Source of the DNA: Anaerolineae bacterium
Lineage (GTDB): Bacteria; Chloroflexota; Anaerolineae; Anaerolineales; UBA4823
Length of the DNA stretch: 55,187 nucleotides
Direction of reading: 5' to 3'
Assembly (NCBI GenBank): GCA_041301395.1
Contig: JBFYSP010000139.1
Coordinates: 1 to 55,187, forward strand
Under the pieces are notes generated by a model. It had not been told where the DNA came from. It saw nothing but the letters and a program-made list of their open reading frames with translations, and ran no database searches. Made by a program: the position numbers and the translations under genes. This document shows, one piece after another, positions 36,443-44,282 of this stretch; positions within the stretch are counted from its first letter, which is position 1; the number at the start of each line of letters is the position of its first letter.

Positions 36443-36792
36443 GCTTGAAACGTTTCTGGTGGCTGCCTACCGGCAAAGCACAGGAGATTGAGCCGCAGGA
36501 ATTTTTTGACTGGCTGCAGTATGGGAAAGCAGTACAAGTGGTTGACGCCCGCACGGCGTTAGAATACCAGCAGGGTACCATCCACCACGCGCAGCACGCC
36601 CCGCTGACCGAGATGCCGGGATCCATGGAAAAGCTGGCGCTCGATTCTGAGAAAGCGATTGTGGTATTGTGCCTGACCGGTCATCGCAGCCTGCCGGGAA
36701 CGCGCTGGCTACGGGCCAGAGGCTACCAGGCATACAGCCTGAGAGGCGGCATCACCGCCTGGAGACGGGCCGGCTTCCAACTCAATAAATAA
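36439..36792 (+). CDS. Rhodanese-domain sulfurtransferase
   Basis: Active-site loop VVLCLTGHRS. 4-nt overlap with the OsmC gene. Confidence 0.8.
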   Translation: MSLKRFWWLPTGKAQEIEPQEFFDWLQYGKAVQVVDARTALEYQQGTIHHAQHAPLTEMPGSMEKLALDSEKAIVVLCLTGHRSLPGTRWLRARGYQAYSLRGGITAWRRAGFQLNK

Positions 36793-36802
36793 ATCGTCCT
36801 GT

Positions 36803-36820
36803 GCCTGGCGCTTGCCGGGC
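36803..36820. terminator. Possible bidirectional hairpin between convergent genes
   Basis: GCCUGGC-gcuu-GCCGGGC, 7 bp including one G-U pair. No U-tract. Confidence 0.3.
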
Positions 36821-36827
36821 AAAGGTG

Positions 36828-37202
36828 CTATTCGATAAAGATCTCGACATGCTCGCCATCTTCTTCGTCGAGCACATCGATAATCTTGCCTTCGGCGCCT
36901 TCATTGATCGCCTTGACCAGCTCTTCGAAGTTCACACCGGGGGCGTATTGTGAGGCGATGTTCAGTCCGGCGTCCACCAGGCCGATGGGCAGATTGACGG
37001 TGGCTTTGGCTTTCCCGGTGACCATATCGGTCACGCGCACGCGCAGCCAGCGCGCGCCCCCTGCCCGCAGCGAACCGGTTGGTTTACGCGCCGTCTTGCG
37101 GCTATCACCCAAGGCGGCCAGTAATTTAGCACCTTCCTCGGCGCTGATTTTGCCTTCATCGATCATCTTTAAAATCTTCAGGCGCTCTTCACTCGTGACC
37201 AT
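36828..37202 (-). CDS. Small protein with an N-terminal SHOCT-like helix (YvlB/LiaX-N-like)
   Basis: MVTSEERLKILKMIDEGKISAEEGAKLLAAL. GGAG lies 7 nt upstream of ATG 37202. Confidence 0.7.
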   Translation of the reverse strand: MVTSEERLKILKMIDEGKISAEEGAKLLAALGDSRKTARKPTGSLRAGGARWLRVRVTDMVTGKAKATVNLPIGLVDAGLNIASQYAPGVNFEELVKAINEGAEGKIIDVLDEEDGEHVEIFIE

Positions 37203-37220
37203 CACGCTTCTCCTCGTGAG

Positions 37221-37886
37221 TTATCCAATATAAATCTGTACCTTCTCGCCATTGCCCTCATCCACTTCGACGTAAAGCGGGTTCTCGGGGCTGGTGTTGC
37301 TGCCTACGGCAGCCAGCATGCCTTCCACGTCAATTTCCTCCATACCCTTAATGTGGCCTCGGAAGATGCGTAAAATCCAGCCGGCAAACTGCAGGGGCAG
37401 GGGAAAGCTGATCGAGATGCGCTGCGGAGTCTCGCCCGGCCGCTGCTGTATTCGCAGGTGCAGCCAGCGGGCGGTGCGCGAGCCCCAGCCAATCACAATC
37501 AGCAAGACTCCCAGGGCGAACGGCAGACTGACGCACAGCATCCAGAAAACCGAACCCGCCGCGGCGGCCTGGGACATCAGGTAGGCAAACAAGATGGTAA
37601 ACCCAATCCCCACCCACATGGGGATGGCCCACAGGCTGCGCCAGCGGGAAAAATCCGGCGGGGGAGGCTGCATGGCGCCGGATTCCGGCATATCGGCCGG
37701 CGGGAGGGCGGCAGCCCCCGGGAAGCGCTCCGCTAAGAACTCTTCATCCTGCTCCAGGATACCTTCTTTTACATCCTGATCGGCGCTGTTCAGATCTTGC
37801 AGGCGCTGCCAGCCTTCCTCGGCGCTGATCTCGCCACGCTCAATCATTTCCAGGATGTATAAGCGTTCGTTCGGCTGTTCGGTCAT
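37221..37886 (-). CDS. Membrane protein with an N-terminal SHOCT-like helix
   Basis: MTEQPNERLYILEMIERGEISAEEGWQRLQDL, followed by 2-3 TM segments. ATG 37886 lies 1 nt after the upstream stop. Confidence 0.7.
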   Translation of the reverse strand: MTEQPNERLYILEMIERGEISAEEGWQRLQDLNSADQDVKEGILEQDEEFLAERFPGAAALPPADMPESGAMQPPPPDFSRWRSLWAIPMWVGIGFTILFAYLMSQAAAAGSVFWMLCVSLPFALGVLLIVIGWGSRTARWLHLRIQQRPGETPQRISISFPLPLQFAGWILRIFRGHIKGMEEIDVEGMLAAVGSNTSPENPLYVEVDEGNGEKVQIYIG

Positions 37887-37887
37887 C

Positions 37888-39219
37888 TCAGGCTGATCCT
37901 TCACGAGATTCCAAGGCCGCCAGGAGCTGCTCGGCCTCGGCAATGCTGATCTTTTTCTGCTCCAGCATGCGCAGGATCATCAGGCGCTCTTCCTCGGAGA
38001 CCGGGTCGGGAGCCGGGGCCGTAGCCGATTGAGCCTGCGAGCTGCCAAAGCCTTCGAACCCCCAGCCCCGACGAGGACCGGTCACGCCAGGAGGCGAGGG
38101 TGGCCTCGGCGGCATAGGTGGCATGGGCGGGCGGCCGCGCAGGGACTCGCGCTGCTGGCGGTACTCCACTTTGCGCTGCATCTTTTCCTGGGTGCGCTCG
38201 ATCTTTTCTTGCGCCTTGCGCATTTTTTCCTGGGCGCGCTCCTGGGCGCGCTCGTTGGAGCGGCGCGCCTGCTCTACGATGCGCTCGACCTGGGCATCGG
38301 GCATGCCCGCCCGCCCCAGGTCAGCCGTCAGGCGCTCCATCTGCTCGTTCAGCTGGCGAGTCATAGCTTCCATCTGGGCAGCCACCTGCACTTCCACCTG
38401 GCGGGAAATATCTTCTGAGAGGCGGGTAAAATCTGCTTCTGTGTCGGCATCCCACTCGGCCTGTGCCGTCCATTCCGGCTGCTGGCTGGAAAGATAAATA
38501 TGCCCGCCGGCATGTGCGCTCAGCGATGACTGGCCTTCCCCCAGGAGCAACTCAGTGCTTTCATTGTAGACGGATTTCTCCTGGCCGGGGAACTTGACCT
38601 TGATCTGCCCCTCACTGGTCAGCGACAGGCGGGCGCTGGCATCCACGGGAAGCTCCAGGTAGAGGTTGCCGGCTGCCCGAATTTCATAAGTTTCGCCGGT
38701 CATCTGCTCCAGGCTAAGGCGCAGGTTGCCTTCAGCTTTCGAACGGAATTCTCCGGAGATCCCCCGCGCCTCCACGTTGCCGTCCACCCGCTCCAGGGTT
38801 GCGTCGCCCTGCACACTGCGCAGGTAGGCGTTGCCGCGAACATGCCCGGCAGTGAGCGCCCCATTGATTTCGCGGGCAGACATCTCGCCATAGACGCTCT
38901 CGATAACAGCACTGGCCACCTCGCGCAACGCCAGCGATCCGTAGACCTGCCCAATCTGCAGCGGTTCCTCCAGCCGGCGCAAGCGCGCCTGCCCATGCAC
39001 TAACTGGATGTGCATATCAGCACCAAATGGGACGCGCATTTCCAGGCTGCCGGTGCAGCGTAGGCTCAGCCGGCCATCGGCTTCCTGATAATTCAGTGAA
39101 TCCGGGCTGGCGCGCAGCTCAACCTCGGCCTGATCCCAGCCTTTGACATCCAGGTTGCCATCTACCTGCTCCACAATAATTTCCGGCGTGCTGCCGGTCT
39201 CGATACGCTTCTCTGTCAT
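37888..39219 (-). CDS. DUF4097/YvlB-like beta-rich protein with a coiled coil, a Pro-rich linker and a C-terminal SHOCT-like helix
   Basis: Repetitive beta-strand N-terminal half (GNLDVKGW..., GNAYLRSVQGDATLERVDGNVEARGISG...). Charged coiled coil (AQERAQEKMRKAQEKIERTQEKMQRK). C-terminal EEERLMILRMLEQKKISIAEAEQLLAAL. Strong SD (GGAGGTGGAGG). Confidence 0.7.
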   Translation of the reverse strand: MTEKRIETGSTPEIIVEQVDGNLDVKGWDQAEVELRASPDSLNYQEADGRLSLRCTGSLEMRVPFGADMHIQLVHGQARLRRLEEPLQIGQVYGSLALREVASAVIESVYGEMSAREINGALTAGHVRGNAYLRSVQGDATLERVDGNVEARGISGEFRSKAEGNLRLSLEQMTGETYEIRAAGNLYLELPVDASARLSLTSEGQIKVKFPGQEKSVYNESTELLLGEGQSSLSAHAGGHIYLSSQQPEWTAQAEWDADTEADFTRLSEDISRQVEVQVAAQMEAMTRQLNEQMERLTADLGRAGMPDAQVERIVEQARRSNERAQERAQEKMRKAQEKIERTQEKMQRKVEYRQQRESLRGRPPMPPMPPRPPSPPGVTGPRRGWGFEGFGSSQAQSATAPAPDPVSEEERLMILRMLEQKKISIAEAEQLLAALESREGSA

Positions 39220-39253
39220 CCTCCACCTCCATCCGTCCGGTCAAAACCCCGGA

Positions 39254-39634
39254 TCAATTCTCCTGCAGGAGCTGCATGGCTTCTTCGGCGCTGATCAGGC
39301 CTTTATCCAGGTCTTCCAAAATGCGCTGCCGCTCTTCAAGCCCCATCCCCACCGGCTCTTCGGCTCCACCGGGCTCGTATCCCAGGGCGCGGATGACCTG
39401 GTGCAGGCGGTTGCGGATGGTCGGGTAGGAAAGGCCGACCTCGTCTTCCATGCGGCTGATCTTGCCTTCACAGCGGATAAATACTTCAACAAATTCCAAC
39501 TGCTCGGGGGTAAGCTGGCTGAAAGGACCCCCAGTGAAACGACCCTCGATGGTCGTATCACATTCGCGGCAGTAAATTCGGGTTACAGCAATCTCGCCCC
39601 CACACAGCGGGCACTTGGTAGGCAGCTTATTCAT
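39254..39634 (-). CDS. DUF2089-type protein (zinc ribbon, HTH and C-terminal SHOCT-like helix)
   Basis: MNKLPTKCPLCGGEIAVTRIYCRECDTTIEGRF..LTPEQLEFVEVFIRCEGKISRMEDEVGLSYPTIRNRL...EERQRILEDLDKGLISAEEAMQLL. Start trimmed to ATG 39634, which has GAGGAG upstream. Confidence 0.75.
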   Translation of the reverse strand: MNKLPTKCPLCGGEIAVTRIYCRECDTTIEGRFTGGPFSQLTPEQLEFVEVFIRCEGKISRMEDEVGLSYPTIRNRLHQVIRALGYEPGGAEEPVGMGLEERQRILEDLDKGLISAEEAMQLLQEN

Positions 39635-39718
39635 CCTTGCACTCCTCGACAGGTATGAACTTAAACACAAAAGCAATTTCATTATATCGAATTATTCAAA
39701 AATGTCAAGATATATATT

Positions 39719-39734
39719 GAATATTTCAATATTC
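39719..39734. promoter_or_regulatory. Inverted repeat GAATAT-ttca-ATATTC in the AT-rich region upstream of the DUF2089 operon
   Basis: Read directly. It lies about 85-100 nt upstream of the DUF2089 start, within the 120-bp AT-rich gap 39683-39803. Confidence 0.35.
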
Positions 39735-39803
39735 TGAAATGATTTATTGATATTTACAAAATTAGCTTTTATAATTTGAAAAGTTTGCGCCCTGACAACC
39801 CTG

Positions 39804-41366
39804 TTAGCGCCGGTCGGTCTGGATAAAACTGGCCCGGTTCGAGCAGGTGCACGCAGTGACGATCTGGGCGCCGCGCACCAGGGTGCCCTGGTAGATCTCG
39901 GGGCCGTCATGCGCTACCCAGCCCTCCAGGGTAAAGCCCAACACCCCACCGTAGCCATCGGCAGGCACCCATTCGCCGTTATATTTTCGGGCAATGTGGA
40001 CGTGGGTGCCGGTGCTGCTGCCGCCTTCGCAGGAAGGGTGCCCAATCCGGTCGCCGGGCTGCAGCGACTGCCCTACCGGCGGGCGGCCCGCCTGGCTGAC
40101 ATGCAGGTAAAACACCACCCAGCCGGTGCGCTCGTCCCCATCGCCATCCAGGTCCAGCAATACTTCGCCTTCATCAACCCTGGCAACCACCCCGGGAGCC
40201 ACAGCGGTTACCCAGCGGTCGGACTCCACACAGCCCTGGGTCTGTGAAGGCGGGGCGAAATCGATGGCGGCCAGCGGCTCGCCCTGACCCCAGCCGGTAT
40301 GCGGGCCGCCGGTGAGCGCCCAGACATCTCCCGGTTCAAACGGCAGGGTAAACTCCGGTTGGGCCAGGCTGCCGGGCATATGCGGCTGCTCGTACTGCCA
40401 GGGATCGCCAAACAAACTCTGATAGGTGGCCAGGAAGCCATCACCGGAGATGGATTTGCGGTAACCGTCCTGGTCGTAAACGCTGTTGAAATAACTCATC
40501 AGGCTGGTAGTGGCGGCATTCTGCCAGGGGTCGATGCGCTCGATGCGCCCATCTGGGAGGTCGAGGGAGGTTAGATGGCCTTTTTTATAGCGGTAATAGC
40601 CGCCGTTGAGTTGATTGGTGACCCAAACCAGCTGCAAGAACAGGCCTTCATGCTCCCAGGTGCGATTGCCAAATGGAAAGCGCTGCACATCTTCCGGGAC
40701 TTCGGCCCGACTGAGAGCGCCGGCCTGGAATTCCAGCAAGGCCAGCAGCAGGCGCGGGCTGATGCTGTATTTCTGGGCAATCAAGTCAATGATCTGGGCA
40801 CCGCTGCGGTTGGCTCCAGAGACATAGCCCTGGTAACCTTTCAGCCAACCCGGGTGGCTATCCACGAAGGCGGTGGTATCAAATCCAACCTGCGCCGGGC
40901 CATTGATAAACTGGCTATCCGGCAGGATCTTATCCGGCGGGCCCCAGAAAGGCAGGTAGAAAATTGGGATTTGCATGGGCATGCCCGGAGGCATGGTGGT
41001 GGCCGTAGCGGGGATGAAAGCGTTGGCTTCCAGGATTTGTGCCACCGTGGTATTAAAACGGACGGCCAGCACCGGCAGCGTATCGCCCGCCTGGGCAACA
41101 TAATCCACCAGCTCGCCGGGCTGGTAGATCGGGCGGGTAGGGAAAGGCTCCGGCACACTGACCGCATCCTGGGGCAGAGGAGTTTCGCCTATGGCGGGGG
41201 CAACCGCCGGCCCCACAGCCAGAGAACCCGCCTGCGGTACACAGCCGCTCAGCGCGACCAATGCCGCCAGCGCCAGCAGCAGCAGGCCAGTGGGGTTCAT
41301 CCAGGAAGGTGCAAATTTTACCCGTTTCAAAACGCTAATCCCGTATCCGTGCTTCAAACTCATCAT
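39804..41366 (-). CDS. LysM plus M23 (LasA-like) peptidase paralog 1, lipoprotein
   Basis: Lipobox LVALSGC. LysM VDYVAQAGDTLPVLAVRFNTTVAQILEANAF. Central SISPRLLLALLEFQ domain. GPHTGWGQGEPLAAIDFAP (H-x12-D). GTHVHIARKYNGEW (HxH). ATG 41300 is an alternative start. Confidence 0.8.
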   Translation of the reverse strand: MMSLKHGYGISVLKRVKFAPSWMNPTGLLLLALAALVALSGCVPQAGSLAVGPAVAPAIGETPLPQDAVSVPEPFPTRPIYQPGELVDYVAQAGDTLPVLAVRFNTTVAQILEANAFIPATATTMPPGMPMQIPIFYLPFWGPPDKILPDSQFINGPAQVGFDTTAFVDSHPGWLKGYQGYVSGANRSGAQIIDLIAQKYSISPRLLLALLEFQAGALSRAEVPEDVQRFPFGNRTWEHEGLFLQLVWVTNQLNGGYYRYKKGHLTSLDLPDGRIERIDPWQNAATTSLMSYFNSVYDQDGYRKSISGDGFLATYQSLFGDPWQYEQPHMPGSLAQPEFTLPFEPGDVWALTGGPHTGWGQGEPLAAIDFAPPSQTQGCVESDRWVTAVAPGVVARVDEGEVLLDLDGDGDERTGWVVFYLHVSQAGRPPVGQSLQPGDRIGHPSCEGGSSTGTHVHIARKYNGEWVPADGYGGVLGFTLEGWVAHDGPEIYQGTLVRGAQIVTACTCSNRASFIQTDRR

Positions 41367-42721
41367 TCTTGAACCGGCCGGCGAGGGCGGTTATTCTCCG
41401 GCGTGCGGCTGATGCGGCTGGAGCGGTTGCCGTTGAGGTTAGCGAGAACCGTATCTTCGCCCCGCGACAGCCAGCCCTTGTAAGGCTGTGCACCGGCATG
41501 CGCCGTCCAACCACTCATGACAAACGGAAGCCGGCCTCCGGCCGCAATCCACTCCCCATTATACTTGCGTGCGACATGCAAATTAACCCCGGTAGCGGGG
41601 CCTCCTTCGCAAGAAGGGTGCCCAAGGCGCTCGCCACGGCGCAGGTAAATGCCAGGAGCCACCCGATCTTTGGCGGCCACATGGACATAAAGGATAGCCC
41701 AGCCGGTCTGCTCCAATCCATCCGCACAACCGTAGACGAACCTGCCGTTCTGCACCGTATCATCCAGATCCTGCACCACAACGCCATTCTCTGAGCGCAC
41801 CACGATTCCATCCGCCATAGCCAGCACCCAGGCCTGCGATTCAATGCAGCCTGATTTACCGGCCGCCGGGGCAAAATCCAACGCAGCCAGCGAACCGATA
41901 ACTTCCCAGGCGCGGTGCGGGCCGCTGGTCAGGCTCCATATGGCATTCATCTCAAACGGCAAGATCAGCTCCGGCTGGCCCAACCCGGCGGGCAGGTTTG
42001 GCTCGAAGTTGCGGGCCAGCTCAGAGGGATCGCCAAACAGGCGGCGGAACACGGCCTGGAAGCCAGAATCGGGGTCGAAGAGCCGCTCCCATTCATCCTC
42101 TGGTTGGACCGACTGGTGGGCTTGCGCGAGCTGCACAAAGTAATACTGCAGCGCTACGCTGCCCGGATTGGAAGCCGAGTCCGGGCGGTAGATCGACCCA
42201 TCCGGCAGAGTCAGCTGGGTGAGCCAGCCTTCACGCCAGCCGTAAAACCCAGCCGAAAGCTGGTTGGAAGCCCACCACAGCTGCCCATACAACCCATTCC
42301 GGCGGTAATCTTTGACCCCCAGGGAATAGCCGCTTTGCAATTCCTGATCGGACTGGCCAGAGACACACTGGCAGGAATACTCGAGCAGCGCCAGCAGCAG
42401 GCGAGGATTGATCGAGTTTTCCAGCGCCACCCGCCCGATGATCTGTGCGGCCGGCACCCAACCCGGGTCTTCCAGATATTGGCGGTGTCGCCCCAGGGCG
42501 CCGCCGGAGCGCGCCAGGGTATCGTCCAGGTCAAAACCGAGTGCTGCCGGGGAGTACACCACCTGGCTATCCGGAATTTGCAGGCTTGCCCATAATGTGG
42601 CAAGGTTGGATTGCTGAGCAGATCGCACCCCGGAGATTGGGATGAGCCAGAGAATCAAGATCAACCCCAAATTGATCCGCCTGAGATGGCCGGAAAAGGC
42701 CGGTGCCGGTTCAGGGATCAT
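41363..42721 (-). CDS. M23 (LasA-like) peptidase paralog 2, without LysM and with a degenerate HxH (NLH)
   Basis: Start trimmed to ATG 42721 (MIPEPAPAFSGHLRRINLGLILILWLIPISG anchor). SINPRLLLALLEY domain. GPHRAWEVIGSLAALDFAP. VNLHVARKYNGEW replaces HVH. Confidence 0.75.
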   Translation of the reverse strand: MIPEPAPAFSGHLRRINLGLILILWLIPISGVRSAQQSNLATLWASLQIPDSQVVYSPAALGFDLDDTLARSGGALGRHRQYLEDPGWVPAAQIIGRVALENSINPRLLLALLEYSCQCVSGQSDQELQSGYSLGVKDYRRNGLYGQLWWASNQLSAGFYGWREGWLTQLTLPDGSIYRPDSASNPGSVALQYYFVQLAQAHQSVQPEDEWERLFDPDSGFQAVFRRLFGDPSELARNFEPNLPAGLGQPELILPFEMNAIWSLTSGPHRAWEVIGSLAALDFAPAAGKSGCIESQAWVLAMADGIVVRSENGVVVQDLDDTVQNGRFVYGCADGLEQTGWAILYVHVAAKDRVAPGIYLRRGERLGHPSCEGGPATGVNLHVARKYNGEWIAAGGRLPFVMSGWTAHAGAQPYKGWLSRGEDTVLANLNGNRSSRISRTPENNRPRRPVQE

Positions 42722-44282
42722 CCGCCGTGCGATTGATAATGGATGTGGCATCACTGAGAACGGAGGCAGTGATGGTTTGGTCACCGCGGGTGAGGGTGCC
42801 TTTGTAAGCTTCAGACCCGGCATGCGCAACCCAACCGCCCAGGTTGAAAGGCAGCGGGCCATCGGCTGGGATCCATTCGCCATTAAAGCGGCGCACCAGG
42901 TGGACGTGAGTGCCTGTGGCAGTGCCCCCTTCGCAAGAAGGGTGACCAAGCGGGTCACCGGCATCGACCCAGTCCCCGGCTTTCACGCGCCCCTTCTCGG
43001 CGAGATGCAAGTAAACCAGCACCCAGCCGGTTTGCTCGCGGCCATCCCCGTCCAGGTCGATAACCACCAGGCCTTCGCCAGTACGGGTCACCAGGCCAGA
43101 GGCGGCCGCCAGCGCCCAGGTTGGGGTTTCCACGCAGCCGGAGGTGATGGCGCCGGGGGCAAAATCCAGCGCGGCATAGGCGCCTTCCTGCTCCCAGGCG
43201 CCGTGTGGTCCGCCGGTAAAACTCCACTCCCAGTTCCGCACAAAGGGCAAGGTGAGGGGCGGCTGTGCCAGGCCGGTTGGAAACAAAGGCTCGACATGAC
43301 TGGCGCGCTCCCAGGGATCGGGAAACATGCTTGCGTAGAAGGCCGGAAAGCCAGTCTGCGGATCCAGCGCCTGCTTCCAGGCATCGCCCTGGTACAGCTG
43401 GGCAAAATAATACTGCAAGGCCACCGTACCCGCATTCAAATCCGGCGCCAGGCGCTGCGTGCTGCCATCCGGGAATGCAATCTCCGTCATGCGGCCTTCG
43501 CGGTAGGCATAATAGCCGGTCGACAGCTGGTTTACCGCCCAGACAAGCTGCTTGTAAAGATCCTTATAGCGGTCGTTGCGGTATCCCAGGGGATAAACGA
43601 GTGCATCGGGCTCGGTGGGCGTGCCGAAAACCCAGCCGTTCTGGTATTCGAGCAGCGCCAGCAGCAGGCGAGGGTTGATCGAGTTATCCAGGGCGATGCG
43701 CTCTACGACGGCGGCGCCGCTCAGGGTGCCAAAATTCTTGCGCCATTCCCTGGCGACGCTCAGGTATCCGCCTGCTTGTGCGGTAAAAGTCAGGGTATCA
43801 AAATCGGCCGCCGAAGGGGAATAGACCACTTCGCTATCCGGCAGCAGGCGCTCGGCAGAGGTGGTCTCGCCCAGGCGCGCCGGGATAAACAACAGCTGGC
43901 CGGGCGTGAGGTAGGCGGTTTTGGGAATGGGGTCGGCGGAGGTGATCTCGGCAGGATCAACCCCAAAGCGCCCGGCCACCACCGGCAGGGTATCGGCGGC
44001 CTGGGCATAATACAAGATCGGTACATCACCGGTCTGCGGCCCGCCGGAGGGGACCGCTGTGCGCCCGGTTTGCGGATGGCGGTCGACCCACTGCGCCGTG
44101 GCGTCTGGGGTGGCGGCCTCCTGGGTCAGGGTCTGCGGTGCAGGGGCAGCCGTCTCAGCGACGGGCAGTGAATTTGTTTCCAGGCGGCCCGAATTCGGCC
44201 CACTGGGCGGCAGCCAGGCAGCGGGGGCCGCCGTGCAACCGGCAAGCCAAAGGACCAGAATCAACCAGATCGATCGCTTCAT
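42711..44282 (-). CDS. LysM plus M23 (LasA-like) peptidase paralog 3, lipoprotein
   Basis: MKRSIWLILVLWLAGC lipobox. LysM YYAQAADTLPVVAGRFGVDPAEI. SINPRLLLALLEYQ. GPHGAWEQEGAYAALDFAP. GTHVHLVRRFNGEW. Confidence 0.8.
   Translation of the reverse strand: MKRSIWLILVLWLAGCTAAPAAWLPPSGPNSGRLETNSLPVAETAAPAPQTLTQEAATPDATAQWVDRHPQTGRTAVPSGGPQTGDVPILYYAQAADTLPVVAGRFGVDPAEITSADPIPKTAYLTPGQLLFIPARLGETTSAERLLPDSEVVYSPSAADFDTLTFTAQAGGYLSVAREWRKNFGTLSGAAVVERIALDNSINPRLLLALLEYQNGWVFGTPTEPDALVYPLGYRNDRYKDLYKQLVWAVNQLSTGYYAYREGRMTEIAFPDGSTQRLAPDLNAGTVALQYYFAQLYQGDAWKQALDPQTGFPAFYASMFPDPWERASHVEPLFPTGLAQPPLTLPFVRNWEWSFTGGPHGAWEQEGAYAALDFAPGAITSGCVETPTWALAAASGLVTRTGEGLVVIDLDGDGREQTGWVLVYLHLAEKGRVKAGDWVDAGDPLGHPSCEGGTATGTHVHLVRRFNGEWIPADGPLPFNLGGWVAHAGSEAYKGTLTRGDQTITASVLSDATSIINRTADDP

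Noticed and set aside
42642-44171. 509-aa plus-strand ORF, along with similar long ORFs at 40575-41372, 3891-5228, 30728-31726, 31832-32674, 50277-51197, 23339-24175, 13627-14322, 14591-15352, 47032-47733 and 52543-53241
   Set aside because: Each lies antisense to a gene with clear family motifs. Their translations are Arg/Gly/Ala/Pro-rich with no recognisable domains, as expected for shadow ORFs in GC-rich DNA. One of them (50277-51197) even spans an intergenic gap between two real genes.
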